A DNA stretch of 64,000 nt from Eledone cirrhosa (Eukaryota), in the NCBI GenBank assembly GCA_964016885.1, contig OZ024745.1, forward strand, positions 125,922,001-125,986,000. The letters run 5' to 3'. Below are positions 41,878-56,678 of the stretch, one piece after another. The notes under the pieces were generated by a model. That model was not told the origin of the DNA and made no database searches. It worked only from the letters and a program-made list of their open reading frames with translations. Both the position numbers and the translations under genes were made by a program. How positions within the stretch are numbered: position 1 is the first letter of the stretch; each line of letters starts with the position of its first letter.

Positions 41878-42028
41878 ATTAAAATAACAGATTCAAGTTT
41901 AAGCAAAGAATCGGTGCTTTCACCCTTAACGGGATCTTCTGAAATTCTATTTGCTCTACGGTTCTTATATATTTGATATCCTTATCGAGCCCTCTTTGGA
42001 TTTTAGTCTTCAAATTTATTATTATTAC

Positions 42029-42030
<2 letters not shown>
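41878..42030. mobile_element. Family G copy with 5' inversion
   Basis: 41878-41945 is antisense (contains the CAGAAGA motif) and 41948-42030 is the sense 3' end before (TA)n. Confidence 0.75.
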
Positions 42031-42099
<69 letters not shown>

Positions 42100-42119
42100 A
42101 AAAAAAAAAATTTATTTTC

Positions 42120-42312
42120 ACTCTACGTGGCTGAATACAATAAATGTAATCTGAGTTTTTCGAATATTAATAATAATATTCGATTTGTTTGCAATTATGC
42201 AAACAAGCCTCATTTCTAAACCCATGTCAGTATAATGAGGCCCTTGTTTTCATAATTGCTAATGAATCGAATATTATTATTAATATTCGAAAAACTCAAA
42301 TTACATTTATTA
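42120..42312. mobile_element. Family E fold-back fragment
   Basis: 42139-42215 is inverted at 42235-42312; homologous to 45715-45825 and 41575-41622. Confidence 0.75.
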
Positions 42313-43235
42313 TATATATATATATATAATGTATGTATGTATGTATTATATGAATGAACAAATAAAACAGATGGTTCGTTGTTAATAGTCGTGAGTGTAT
42401 ATTTGGATCGGAAGTAATTAATTACATTTTGTATTTAATGATAAAATCGTAGTTACTTAAACATTGTAGTATTAACTTATCTATTCCTCATCTGTAGTTG
42501 TGAAAGCGTTATATATTCATCCATAAAGCAACAAATATATATGTTTTTACACATATATGTGGTGTGTAATATATATATATATATTTCTATAAATATTATA
42601 TTATATAAATGTGTCCAAGCATGGCCGCAGCCTAATAAGTGAAATTAGTAAAACACTAAAAGAAAATAGACGTGTGGAACTGTGTATTTATTTCCAAAAT
42701 TTTAAAATTTATTTCATCCTTTTACTGGTTTCAGCCACATGATTGCGCACTGCATACAAATAAACGTTTGAGCCCCATTTATAACGTATATTGCGCTGCA
42801 AAATGTCATCTAACTGAGGTTATCTTATTGATTTGGAAACAAAAACATCCCCTTATGTATAACTCCAACAATATTGAATTGTTTCAAGTTTGATAAACAA
42901 GAAAAATGTAGAGAGCCAACTGGTAGTAACCATGGAGATGTTTCAATCTTGTTAAATCTAATTAGCGATGATTATTGAACCACAGTTGGTTCACCTTAGA
43001 ATGATCAAATTTAGATTCAAGAAAGGAATGTGTAAAAGATTCTTGCATAGATATGTTTATAAATTTATATTAATGTAAAATATAAATCTAATATATAAAT
43101 AAGCAAAACATGTATCCACATTCACATACAACATATGTGAGAGTGCGCGTGAGTGTACGCGAGAAAGTCTGTTTGAAAGACAGTAGGAATGTTTGTTTAT
43201 ATTTAAATGTTTATATGGATACACACACACACACT

Positions 43236-43407
<172 letters not shown>

Positions 43408-44496
43408 GGTATCTATTATATATTTATGTACGAATCTGTGTATGCAAATAGATATGAATGTAAACATACACGTGTGTAAGTCTTTAAATCAAATGGCATC
43501 TCTAAATCAAAAATATATTATCTCAGGCGCTGACGTTTATGAGGTGGTCCAATTAAACTTTTGTATTTATCTGTTTCCCATTTGTATAAATGATCCATCC
43601 ACCAACACCCATTTTCTCCTTTTTCTTTGTAGACAAAAGATATACTAAACAAGTAAAGCGAAGATAGGGAGATAAATTTTCACAGGCTTCAGCATTCTGA
43701 CAACTGTCTTATTTCTTTGAAGAGAAAGCAATTTTTTTTCCTATCTTGTAATAAGCCCTTTAATATAAGAGCACACCCAAGGTGTGATAAATAAGTTGAT
43801 TTCTATTCAATGTGGAATTGTTTTTGGCAAATAAATTTACTTTATACGTTGTGTACGCAGTTCATAACTTCCCTAAACTAATACGTAGGTTAATAAGACA
43901 CACCTGTTATTTGACAGATGTCGTTTAGGTTGAAGAAAGATTTTTATGAACATATGAAAACTATCTAAAGTGTAAATAGTTAAGTAGCAGACACAAATGT
44001 CTGTTAATACTTTAATAATGTGGAGCTAATTGCATGCTTTGACCCTTTCCTGATCCTCTTAAAACGCATCAGTTTGGAATTTTATTCATTTCATGTCTCG
44101 CCTGTGGAAATATCTGTACACTGGAAGCCATATAAGACTACGTAACTTAACCCATGAGAGTCGAAGCTGAGTGAAAAGATGATAGTTCGCTAAGTGTACA
44201 TATTTAAAGAATAAATAGTTATGGGGTGAAGGAGCTCGCTTTACAACCATATTGTTCTTGATTCAGTGTTCCTGGTTGGCAACTTGGACAAGTGTTTTCT
44301 ACTATAGCTTTAGGTTGACTAATATCTTATAATTACAGAAAAACATAAAGTGTTTATATTTGTATAAAATTCTTCCATCATAATTATACTTAAGATGATT
44401 TAAGCCATGTCCCTAACAGCAGCTTAATAATGAGAAATAACTACTAAATCCCTCCAAATTCTTGATTATTTTCAAACTTATTTAAAAACCATATGT

Positions 44497-44687
44497 AGCG
44501 TTATATTGGCAGTATCGTCATAGAGTCGGACACCATGCTTTGCTGCATAGTTACGGCCCTTTACGGTCTGAGTTCAAATCCCGCCGAGGTTAACTTTGCC
44601 TTTCATCCTTACGGGGTCGATAAAATAAAGTACCAGTAATGTACTGAGATAATTGCTGGTCTTGTGCCTAAAGTAGAAACAATTATT
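44497..44687 (+). mobile_element. SINE family 1, near full length
   Basis: A box TGGCAGTATCG, B box GTTCAAATC, tail GTAGAAACAATTATT. Confidence 0.85.
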
Positions 44688-45714
44688 AAAAATATGGAAC
44701 CGAAACGGTTAGATTATATACAAATAATATTTATGGATATTCGAAACAATAAAATTTGACAATTTGGCAATAAAAATCCGAAGATCAACGTGAACAATGT
44801 TTATCGAAACACGACTCACCTGCTGATGAAAGTCTGTTATCACCGAATGATAGACTAGATAAATTAGTATAATATATCTAAGCAATTCCACTGATTTTTT
44901 TTTCTTTTATGTAAAACTGTTTACGCGTAAGTTAAACTAAAATAAGTTTTCAATATGTATGAACACAAAATCTGTTGAAAATAAAAACTTAAGTCATGCC
45001 TTCGTGGTGCAAACCAATAAGTGATTTAATCAAACATATCGCTTCTACACAAGTAAATCATTAAATCTATATTGGTCAAGAATATTAACAGATTTGTCGA
45101 TGCATTAAGTATTTTCTTTTTAGACTCAACATTTTTATATATTTTTCAAGTGGAACCAACAGTAAATAGACTTCTCGCTTTTAATATTTTAATATAAAAT
45201 TTCGAATGCTCAGAAAATTCAAACATCTACAACTCCAATGATGCATGTTAATATTTTATTAATTCAAATAAACACAGGGTGTCTGATTTTTTAGGAACAC
45301 TGTAGTGATTAAAATTATATTTGTGGATAAATTTCTATTATTAAATAGGATATATAAATTTACACATAAGCAAAGTTTACGCTGTAAGGAAATGGAAGTA
45401 GTATCAATGTATCAAGCAAGTTCTTTGTAAAGCTGGGGAAGAGAAAGAGATTAAAAAAAGATTATGGGCAATATAGAATAAATATGGTTGACAGTGGTAA
45501 AAAGGAAGTAAGCATGGTTTTGTGGTTTTTGACAAAGGAGAGTACAACGAACGTTGTGTGACTGCCAGCCGAGCACAAATGAATTAGGAAGTAGAGTGGA
45601 TGCGTTAATAAGCATCGGGTGGGAATACATATATGGGAGTAGGTGGGCAAGAAAGTGTTGGACAATATATGTACATTATATATATATGTATATATATTTA
45701 CATAAAATGTTCGC

Positions 45715-46180
45715 TCTACATGGCTGAATACAATAAATGTAATCTGAGTTTTTCCAATATTAATAATAACATTCGATTCGTTTGTAATTATGTAAACAAG
45801 CTTCAATTTTATAACCATGTCAGTAGAATAAACCCTTCATTCTTGATCTTGTGTTGACCTGTGAACAGAACTGCAGACACTAATGTTTCTGGGTATCACC
45901 CTTCATCAGCTGATATGCAAATCTGGCTGATCAGTGGATCTGCTAATATGCAGATCTGACTGATCAGCTAGTCTGCTAATATGCAAATCAGGCCGATCAG
46001 TGACTGTGTATTTTTGAAAATAACATATATTTTTCACTAGCTCTGACAGTTTGGCAAGTGAACAATGAGCTGTACTGATGAAGGGTGATACCCAGTAACA
46101 TTAGTGTCTGCAGTTCTGTTCACAGGCCAAAACAAGAGCAAGAATGAAGGGTTCATTCTACTGACATTCTACTACATTTA
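45715..46180. mobile_element. Family E fold-back element with HHR in both arms (45869-45909 -, 46068-46115 +)
   Basis: 45818-45909 is inverted at 46075-46167. Consensus AGCTGTA-CTGATGA-A-GGGT-gat-ACCC-A-GAAA-CATTAGTG-TC-TGCAGTT. The spacer holds three 30-bp repeats (45910-46002). Confidence 0.75.
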
Positions 46181-46267
46181 TTTTATATATATATATATAT
46201 ATATATAAACAAGATGGCGTAGGACAGAACAAAAGAGAGGCACAAAAAACAAAGAAAAGAATCCCCA

Positions 46268-46310
46268 GTCACTGAAGAGGTCAGAGAATGTGTGACGAAA
46301 GAACTTTGAC
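46268..46310 (+). ncRNA. Candidate minimal type I HHR
   Basis: GTCA-CTGAAGA-G-GTCA-gagaatgtg-TGAC-GAAA-GAAC-TT-TGAC. Confidence 0.5.
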
Positions 46311-46588
46311 AATATATAAACAACTATCTGGTTGTGGAACCAACCGACCAACCGGAAATTTATAAATTCCTAAATTTATAAATTTATTATAATAAATTGA
46401 AGTGAAAGCAACTGGTCCGTGTGTTTCTTATTGGCAACATGACCCTCCCAAAGTATAACAATATCGGTTTCAACACACGTTTTCAGATAAAGAATCTTGC
46501 TAAACAAATTCAGAAACGAAATATATATATACATATATATACGATTTACACGACTTCTATTTTTTTTATTGTTCTATGCACAAACATA

Positions 46589-46704
<116 letters not shown>

Positions 46705-46794
46705 CAATTGAATAAATGAAGGAGTCGCTAGCCGTTATAACAAATTATATTATATATATATATATATATATAATAAAACAAGTAAGTAATTCAC

Positions 46795-46888
<94 letters not shown>

Positions 46889-47914
46889 GCATGTTAGGTA
46901 GAAGCGAGTGGGTGGCAGTAACAAAGAAGCTGGTATAGACGTAATAGCATGTTTGTATAAGCGAGTAGGTAGAAACGTCGGAGAGTGTAGAAGTGGTGAA
47001 GGAGTTGTTTGGATTTCAGAACAACACCAATCAATTATAGCAATTATCAAGGAGCAGCCGATCACAGCAGGGAAATCGCAAGGTGTTCGCAAGGATTCCC
47101 AGATAGCTAGATGATGGTGGGAATGGCCAGTCGAGTGACTGACATACAAACGGTTTTATTGAGATCCGCTGCTATTGCATCACACATCCAGCAGATACTA
47201 TCTGAATCGACAAACTAACATCGGACCAGTTTCGTCTTTGTGTGGGAGAATAGAACCTAAGCCTTTAACGCAGTATTGTCAGTGATTTTGAAAGGGAACC
47301 TAGAATAGGGCCGTAGAGTAATGGATAATGTAGTCATAAATATACAAAAGAATATAGAGTCATGACTGAAATGTATATCATTATATATCTGTTTACTCTG
47401 AAACGTTGGCTAAATAACTATAAATCCAACAACAATTAGCTGAGTGTCAAATAAAATTACAAACTTTAATCAGTCATTGTATGTTATCTACTACATTACT
47501 GTTGTATGCAATCTCTCAAAATTCCATATGAAATATAATAAAATTTCAAAATGTTTCCTCCTGTTTACATATTTCTCACTGGGTGTTAAAACCAGACGCA
47601 ATCCTTCTGAACAAAATCCCATGAATTCTGCACCCGCTTCACATCAATGACATTTGATATCAGTAATACCCAGATATGCAAGATGAAATCAAAATTCGGT
47701 CAGAATCAACATATGTTTTAGTTGTAAGCTACAGTACCTTTACTTTCTTTTCTCTTTCTTTTTTTTTTTTCTTTTGCTTTAGTAAGCATGTCAATTTAAT
47801 TTCTTACAGTTTCAACGTAAAACATATTGTCACACATATGCATTGCATTAGTAATATCTCAACATTTTTCTTTCCTTTTTTTTACGTGAGACAAATAATA
47901 CATGGTTCAGCCAG

Positions 47915-48340
47915 CTCTAAATGCAGCTATCAGCAATGTTGCAGGTGTAATCTATCCCGCCTATAATATTGGTGCTGTAATACCAAATATAATTGCTGTA
48001 TACAAAACAACTGGTATTCATTTCTGTACTGTGAAATGTCTGGCGTTAGCTGTTTTTACCAGTGTCCCTGGGTTTAGCTGTTTTTTAACCAGCATGCCTG
48101 GTATTAGATGCTGTTACTAGCAAGACTGGTTTAAACTGTTTTCCATGTCTGTGTTTAGCTCTGTTTATCAGCATGCCTGGCATTAGTTACTTTTAACAGA
48201 ATGGCAAGAGTTAGCTGCTATTATCAAAACTTTTGACGTTCGTTGCTATTACATACATGTCTGATGTTAGCTGTATTTTTACTAGCATGCATGGTTTTTA
48301 CTGTTTTTGCCAGCATATCTTTGTTTAGCTGTTTTCATTA
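47915..48340. repeat. Old degenerate ~30-35-bp minisatellite
   Basis: Recurrent CCAGCATGCCTGGT(A/G)TTAGCTGTTTT motif, about a dozen units. Confidence 0.65.
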
Positions 48341-48530
48341 TATTAACATAAAAGCTAACGCAGGCAGGAAATGTTTGTAGCCGTTGGCAGTCAGATTGGC
48401 GTTGCGGTTTAAAGAATTTTAAAATATTAATTTCATTAATTAATCAACATATATAATTACATGTTTAAATACGAAGCACGCATCCTATATTTGCATATGC
48501 TTATGACTTATTTATGTCTATGTATATATA

Positions 48531-48642
<112 letters not shown>

Positions 48643-48656
48643 ACTATATATATATA

Positions 48657-48711
<55 letters not shown>

Positions 48712-48722
48712 ATATATATATA

Positions 48723-48871
<149 letters not shown>

Positions 48872-48941
48872 AGCAAATATTTATTAAAATAACAGATTAA
48901 AGTTTAAGCAAAGAATCTTTGCTAAAACTTTAATATATATG

Positions 48942-49050
<109 letters not shown>

Positions 49051-49070
49051 GTATGTATATATATATATAT

Positions 49071-49218
49071 TTCCTGATGAATTCTCACGAATGAAACAAT
49101 TCTAGTCCTGTAATCCAGTTCTGCGTCTACAGATTGACTTTGTTAGTTTCAGAAGATCCCGTTAAGGGTGAAAGCACCGATTCTTTGCTTAAAGTTTAAT
49201 CTGTTATTTTAATAAATA
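49071..49218 (+). mobile_element. Family G copy within (TA)n carrying two tandem HHR-like motifs (49074-49107, 49145-49195)
   Basis: CTGATGA-ATTC-tcac-GAAT-GAAAC...GTC, then AGTTT-CAGAAGA-TCCCGTTAAGGGT-GAAA-GCA...TGC-TT-AAA. Confidence 0.7.
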
Positions 49219-49230
49219 TATAATATATAT

Positions 49231-49279
<49 letters not shown>

Positions 49280-50710
49280 GGAGGAGGAGTTTGTGTGTAT
49301 GTTGTACATTCACTCATAGAAAATATAGACACATGTGTATATGCTTGTGTGTGTAGAGCACACATATATATATATGTGCGTGTGTGTGTTTATGTGTTAT
49401 ACAAAATATAGGAGTATGTGTATGTGTTCGTTTGTATATATGAATACACCTGTTTATATATGTATGTATTTATTTATATATATATATATATACACATATA
49501 CATATATATATATATAAAAAAAACTGGGAGAAAGAGAGGAAAAGGAAAAGGAATATGCACGAATTGATAAAATATCAGGATGACAGTTCTAAGCCTGAGG
49601 GTGCAGTTCCTTTTATACACATACTCCTTTTATTCCCTGCTTAAAGCATATTATTTGACATGCCTTAACTTTGTAAACAGCGGGTTCTGATTTTCCTGAG
49701 AATATTGTGAGGAAAAAAACACTAATTCTTTTGTGGGAAGAGTCACTCTCTTTTGCTGGTTTCAGTCATTATACCGTGGCCATACTGGGACAGCTCCTCA
49801 GCGGGGTTTGATCAATCATGTAGACACCAATACTTTCTTTTTCAAGTGTAGAACTTATGTTGATAGAGTTTCTTTTTTTTTATGGAACCATTAAGATAGG
49901 GTCCATAAAAACAGACACAAACGTAGGCATAGATACGAACCGAGTACCACACACAGACACACACATATATAAATATATATGTATATGTGTATGTATATAT
50001 ATACATCTGTGTGTGTGTGAGAGAGCGTGTGCGTTTGTGTATGTGTGCACATTTATGTGTGCGTATGTATATAAGAATATATATATAGAATGAATTTATC
50101 ACATTCTATTAATTATATGACTCTATGATGCGTATTTCGATGGTATCTGTTATGTAATAATCAAACGTGATCTCATCAGATATTACATTAATTATATTAC
50201 CCTTAGTCATGTGATTATCCATCAGATATTCCAGCTGGCTTAGGTGTTGTTTCTTCATTTCTTCACCACTCAGCTTGCATATGGAGTTACCAGAAACGGA
50301 TTTTCTTCTTCACATCTCTTATGACGCGGCCTTTCATTGGTCCATATGTGCAGGTGGTCCCTATTAGCACAATATGTTTTCCTTGTCCCCTTCACAATAT
50401 TCTCTTCTTAATTTATTGTGTCGTTGATAGTTAGGGTAGTCCCCAGTTTATCAGCTCATATTTCTCAGATGGTTCTGTTATATAATGTCATCAGAATATG
50501 ATATGTATATGTAGAAATAAGTTGCGAAGTCACTGGTGCCTAACTGTATAGGCTATAGCCTTTCCCTTGGACAACATCGGTGGAGAGGGAAGCTAGTATG
50601 CATAGGTGACTGATTGTCTTCCACAAACAACCTTGCCTGGACTTGTGACTCGGAGGGAAACTTTCTAGGTTCAAATCCCATGGTCATTCGTGACTGAAGG
50701 GGTCTTTACC

Positions 50711-50792
<82 letters not shown>

Positions 50793-50943
50793 AGATAAAT
50801 CTACCAAAATGTAATCCAAATATCAGGAAAAGAGAAGATGCATTCAAAAACTTTCGATAAAAATCATAGGAAAACAGAGTCAAGATAAATTAATAAACAC
50901 AATGAAATAAAAACAAAGAACAAGTTCTTTATATTAAAATTCT

Positions 50944-51073
50944 TCATTTTACAATCGTTTCTAGGATGTATATCTGTGTTGGTATGTAAATTATATAGAT
51001 CTATGTAAAAATATTACAAATTTTCAGAGGAAATATACATACCTTCACATATACAAGCCGTCCTCAGAAATGA
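50944..51073 (-). ncRNA. Type I HHR with ~100-nt extended stem/loop II
   Basis: TCATTT-CTGAGGA-(99 nt, ends pair as TGTATA/TATACA)-GAAA-CGATTG-TA-AAATGA. Stem I 6 bp, GUA triplet. Confidence 0.7.
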
Positions 51074-51119
51074 GGACGGCTATATATATATATATACATG
51101 TATATATGTGTATATATAT

Positions 51120-51580
51120 AAATGGAAAAGAATGAAACGAAATTTCATTTCTCACTCTTAGTACGGCTGGTACTTAAATATAAGTATGTATACGTACATA
51201 CATATATGTATACAGACGTACAGTAGTATGTATATATATACATACATGCACACATATATATATGTACGTATGGGTTTACCGAAAATTTATTATAATGTTC
51301 GGTTTGTTTGTAAACAAAAGCCCGAATTACGCCGTACAAGGTAATAAGCTTGAAACTAGTTCATCGTTCCTTTGTCAGTGTTGAACAAATGGGCAACGAT
51401 GGTTGCCGAACACTGTACGGCGTAATTCGGGCTGTTTGTTTACAAACAAACCGAATATTATAATAAATGTTCGGTAAACCCATACGTACATATATATATA
51501 TGTGTGTGCATGTATGTATATATATACATACAACTATACGTATGTATACATATATGTATGTACGTATACATACTTATATA
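51120..51580. mobile_element. Family F element, fold-back copy
   Basis: 51178-51338 is inverted at 51414-51580; homologous to 63463-63950. Confidence 0.8.
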
Positions 51581-51756
51581 TATAATTCAAAATGTTAATA
51601 AATGAAAAATATTCTCATAATCAAAATATATATTTTATTATACATATTTCAATGGTACAATGGTGTTTAAGTACGTTTTCATCAGACAAAATATATGATT
51701 TGATATGTGACATACCGCTACGGTTTTGATTATTCAATTCCAGTATTATATATATA

Positions 51757-52056
<300 letters not shown>

Positions 52057-53160
52057 TGTGTGTGTAAAATTGGAAATACCACGGAAAATATATTTAAGGA
52101 TCTGTTTGTCTTTTTTTTTCCTTACTTTGATTCGTCAAAGTGACATTATTGAACAAATGAGAAGGACAATTCTTTTTAAAAAGAGTCCTTTAATGTATAT
52201 TATATGTGTGTGTGTGTGTGGAGGAAAATAGCTGTAAACAAAGCTTAGAAAATTGAGTAAAATACGCCTATATACGGAATATTCCTGTGGTCGCTATTTC
52301 CTACATTTCTTAATATTTCAGCTTACTTTTCTACGTTTGTATGTGTGCTTTACATGATGATGTTTCGTTCGTATTCTTCTTCAGAATGTTAAGTTATAAG
52401 GAAGCAAATGTGAATTCTGAATGACGTCGGTTAAAATGGTAAGTGATTTAGTGTCAACCCAACGCATAACAACCCTGACACGCAAACACGCTCATCTGCA
52501 CACACACACACATACACACTAGAGTAAAAAGTTGTAAATTAGGAAATCTCGTTGATGGATTTACAACCGCTAATAATGGTGAAATTAAAAAAGTACTTCT
52601 GAGGAGATTAAGAACGTGAAACATTTTATGAATGGCGTGACGTAAAATTAATTTGCAAATATACTAGTAGATACAGGCTTGAATCCATGGATATAGATTT
52701 GAACGACGTTTGAGTATTTAGTGCCCTAGTCTAACTTTACAATATGTACCTCCTTCTCACAGGTATGCACCCTAATTTTATGTTAAAGTTTGGCAAGCTG
52801 ACAAACCTAATTTTTGATACTTCTTTCTCTGAATATACTAAGCCAATTAGTTGGCCTGTATTCTCCGCTACTGTATTCTCACCTACGCGAAGCCATGTTA
52901 CAAGTTAGAATATCATACAACCCTTTCCACTAATTTGGATATCTTCACAACGCTGCAAACGGGGTATATATGTTTAGTGGATTTTTTTTATTGATCGCAG
53001 TAAATGGGTATATATTTAAGCTAATCATCCGAATATTTATAAAACTGTGATTCATTAACTTTTGTTAAAGGGCCACACTGAGGTCTGTGTCCTTCTCCCC
53101 TGCCTAGTTTCCCAAATGGAAGCACCGAAGTAAATGAAATAATATTAAGAAGATACTTAA

Positions 53161-53381
53161 CCCTCTAGCATTTAAATTGGCTATATCCGGTCAGAATTCT
53201 CTCAACTCTCTCTGTTCAAACTGTCCGTAATAAGCCACTCATATCGATGTTAAGTTATTGTTCTCAAAAAATTTTTTATCAAAATCTCATAGATTCGATA
53301 TTATGTGAGATAATTATCTGAGGTAAAGCCTTTACCATGAAAATACGATAGTAAATATAGAGTAATGTAAATGTTAAAAGG
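53161..53381 (+). mobile_element. 221-bp TTAA-flanked MITE (piggyBac-like)
   Basis: TTAA|CCCTCTAGCATTTA...TAAATGTTAAAAGG|TTAA; sister copy at 13248-13468. Confidence 0.8.
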
Positions 53382-54464
53382 TTAAAGGCACCGCGAAACA
53401 TCAATCAAAGCAAATATTGACTATTACAACTTTGAATCCAAACGATTTTGTTTAATAAATCATATGGCAGTAACGGTAAATACAATAATGTTAATAAATA
53501 AAACAATAAATAAATAAAGTTGGGGCATAAACGGAGGAATAGTGACAAAAATAAGAAGTGGAATGTGAGGAAGAGAAAACATAAGGCTGAGCAAAGGAGA
53601 AGAAAAAGAAGAAATTAAACGTTGGTGATGCGCGGTGACAGAAATATATATATGAAAAAATAATAAAAGTGATAGATGAGAAGTACAAACATTCTTAGAG
53701 CTATTAACATGTAAAAACACGTTTGTGTGTTTGTTTGAGTTTGCATGTGTAGGTTTGTGTGTGTGCGTGCGTTTGTATGTGTGCATATGTATGTTTGTTT
53801 TAACACCGAACATTTCTGATACATGTTTATATTTGGATATCTAGCTTTGTGCTTGCGAAATCATGCAATTGCTGAAGGTTCGCAAACTCTTTTCTTCTCA
53901 TAAACAGTCGTCACGAAATAAGAAAGAACTGTAAGAATGCGGGGCCTATATGTTTACATGAGAAAATAGCATTCCGTTGTGGGTGGTAGTTGATATTAGC
54001 AGCTTATTCCTCAGGTAGTTTTATGATAAAAGCCTTCTTTCTATACGCTTTTATATCGTTGTCGTATAAAGTTATGAATAGTAATATTTTGTAATATTTT
54101 GTAATATTTTGTTGCCCTTTGAAATCTGAGGTTTCAGTAAATCAAGTGCTAGTTATGATTATACGATTATACTATATATTGGAGTGTTTAACACACATCA
54201 GTTCTGTTCTAGCTGAGCAATGTTAGCAGGCATTCCAATTAAGACCAACCCCTCTTTTTCAATCAAGCAGGGTACTACATTATTTATGTGGTAAGAAAAT
54301 CTCAGGAGAGCTGGACAGTAGAAATCTTTCGAGAAGGAATCCCCTTCAAACATGTGTTTCGGCCCTTAACATCTTATACTCTATGGTGGCCGGGCTGCTT
54401 CCAGGTCATGACCTCTGGGAACCCTTCTACTGACCATTAGCCATTCGGATGTCGGAGTCTTGTG

Positions 54465-54648
54465 ATATTGTTTCCACTTTTGGCACAAGGCCAGCAATTA
54501 CCCACCATGCATTACTGGTACTTTATTTTATCTCCCCCGTAAGGATGAAAGGTAAAGTTAACCTTGGCGGGATTTGAACTCAGACCGTAAAGGGACGTAA
54601 CTATGCTGGAAAGCATGGCGTCCGACCTTCTACTGATACTGCCAATCC
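54465..54648 (-). mobile_element. SINE family 1
   Basis: Full core with A and B boxes. Confidence 0.85.
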
Positions 54649-55134
54649 CCCAAACTGTGTATTTTTAAAAGATTAACTTGATATTTCTTGTGTGTCGGTG
54701 AACACATAGAAGTTCTCTCATTGACTCATGGTCTATGAGAAATTAGACCAATTTATAAACCACATTAATAAGACCAACTCATTCCTCTTGCCTTCGGCTT
54801 TAAATACTATGTCTAATCCCATCTGCATCAGAGGTTCTTCAGTTTATTTTGTCGCTGAATGTTTATACTATTTACCGGAAATCATGGAACCCATGAGTAT
54901 ATATTACGGGTATTCTCCTTAAACTAATTTTAATAAGACATTAGATGAAACCAAAATGTGTTTTAAAGGGTAATTTATTTACTTGAAAAACAACATGTTT
55001 TTATTACATTTTATTAAAAAAACCTTTGTCTCTCCAAACCCCTGACATTTTTCGCGGAACTCGGGGATACATCGAAATCAACTTTAGGAATTACTGGTCC
55101 AAAAACTTTGAACAGCTGATATTATTAGAATGAT

Positions 55135-55342
55135 CAAATCCAGCTGAGGTTAGCTTTGCCTTTCATCCTTACGTGGTCGGTAAAATAAAGCACCAGTAAT
55201 GCATTGGGGTCGATAAAATAAATCACCAGTAATGCACTGGGGTCGATAAAATAAAGCACCAGTAATGCACTGGGGTCGATAAAATAAAGCACCAGTAATT
55301 CACTGGGTTCGATGGCCCTGCGCCTGTAGTAGACAATATTAT
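55135..55342 (+). mobile_element. SINE family 1 with internal 33-bp unit amplified four times
   Basis: GGGGTCGATAAAATAAAGCACCAGTAATGCACT starting at 55173, 55206, 55239 and 55272. Confidence 0.85.
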
Positions 55343-55718
55343 TGGTGTGATCCCTCTTGCTGATTGATTATAATGTTTCAAAACGCCAGATTATGTTTTC
55401 GTCTACTAATTGCGTAGACAATCTCAGTTAGTCGATGTTTTTCAATTCGCTGTATTACACATACAGACCTGCCAGCTATTACAATACCCAAACGAGGAGT
55501 ACCATGAAAAAAGTGCCCCAAAACGGGGAGAAATGAGACAAAATGGGGAGATTTTACATAATGAAAGCTATACCCATTTTCACAAGAGGAGATATCTCTC
55601 TCTCACTCTCAAGTGGATGGGAGATCTCATCCTCGGATGTGGAGAGTTGACAGGTCTGCAGATGTGAGATCCTGCCCAGTTAACCACTCGGCCATCTTCC
55701 TTACTTTCACTAATAATT

Positions 55719-56021
55719 GTTTCTACTTTTGGCACAAGACCAGCAATTATCCCAGTGTGTTACTGGTACTTTATTTTATCGGAACCCGTAAGGATGAAAG
55801 GCAAAGTTAACTTCGGTGGGATTTGAACTCAGACCATAAAGGACCGTAACGTTTTGCTGCAAAGCATGGTGTCAGACCCTCTCTATCGATACTGCCAATC
55901 CACCGCCCTAGGCGAATTGGTATATTCGTTAGAACGCCGGATAGAATGCTGTATTCGTTCCGACTCTCTACTCTCTCAGTTCAAATACTGCCGAGGTCAA
56001 CTTTGCCATTAACTCTCTATC
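55719..56021. mobile_element. Head-to-head SINE composite inside a single TSD
   Basis: - strand SINE 55719-55909 plus + strand SINE head 55910-56008; TACTTTCACTAATAATT at 55702-55718 and 56022-56038. Confidence 0.8.
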
Positions 56022-56544
56022 TACTTTCACTAATAATTCACAAAGTACGTATGACTATGGATATCAGTGTGTGATTAAGGGTCAGACGGGTATCTGTTTG
56101 CCATTTTTTCAGCCTAGCCTCAGGCCATATGTTTGTATGATGTCTACAGCTCTGCAGATGTATCCTGTGCTGCGACTTATCTCAGATAAATATATACCAT
56201 ATGTATTTACATAATGGAGACATACACATATACACATCGGCACATGAAGAAGCACAGACTAAGAAACACACACAAACACACAAACACGCACACACGCACA
56301 CTCACACACCATATATACTGATTTACTCTTATATAATATAGGCATGCATATATATATTTATGTGTATGTGTATATGTGATTGTGTGTGTGTGTGTGTGCA
56401 TATGCGTACATAGATGATGTGTGGATAAAATGATAGAGCTACAGTGATACGTAAGAGATAAGTGAATGTATTGATATGTATGTATTCATGTAGGTAGGTA
56501 GGAATGCATGCATGTATGTATATATGTATGTATGTGTGTATGAA

Positions 56545-56633
<89 letters not shown>

Positions 56634-56678
56634 TTGTATGTATGTATGTATGTATGTATGTATGTATGTATGCATGTA

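Noticed and set aside
44497-44600. tRNA gene suggested by A and B boxes
   Set aside because: SINE head; no cloverleaf, and followed by the SINE body found in more than 20 copies.
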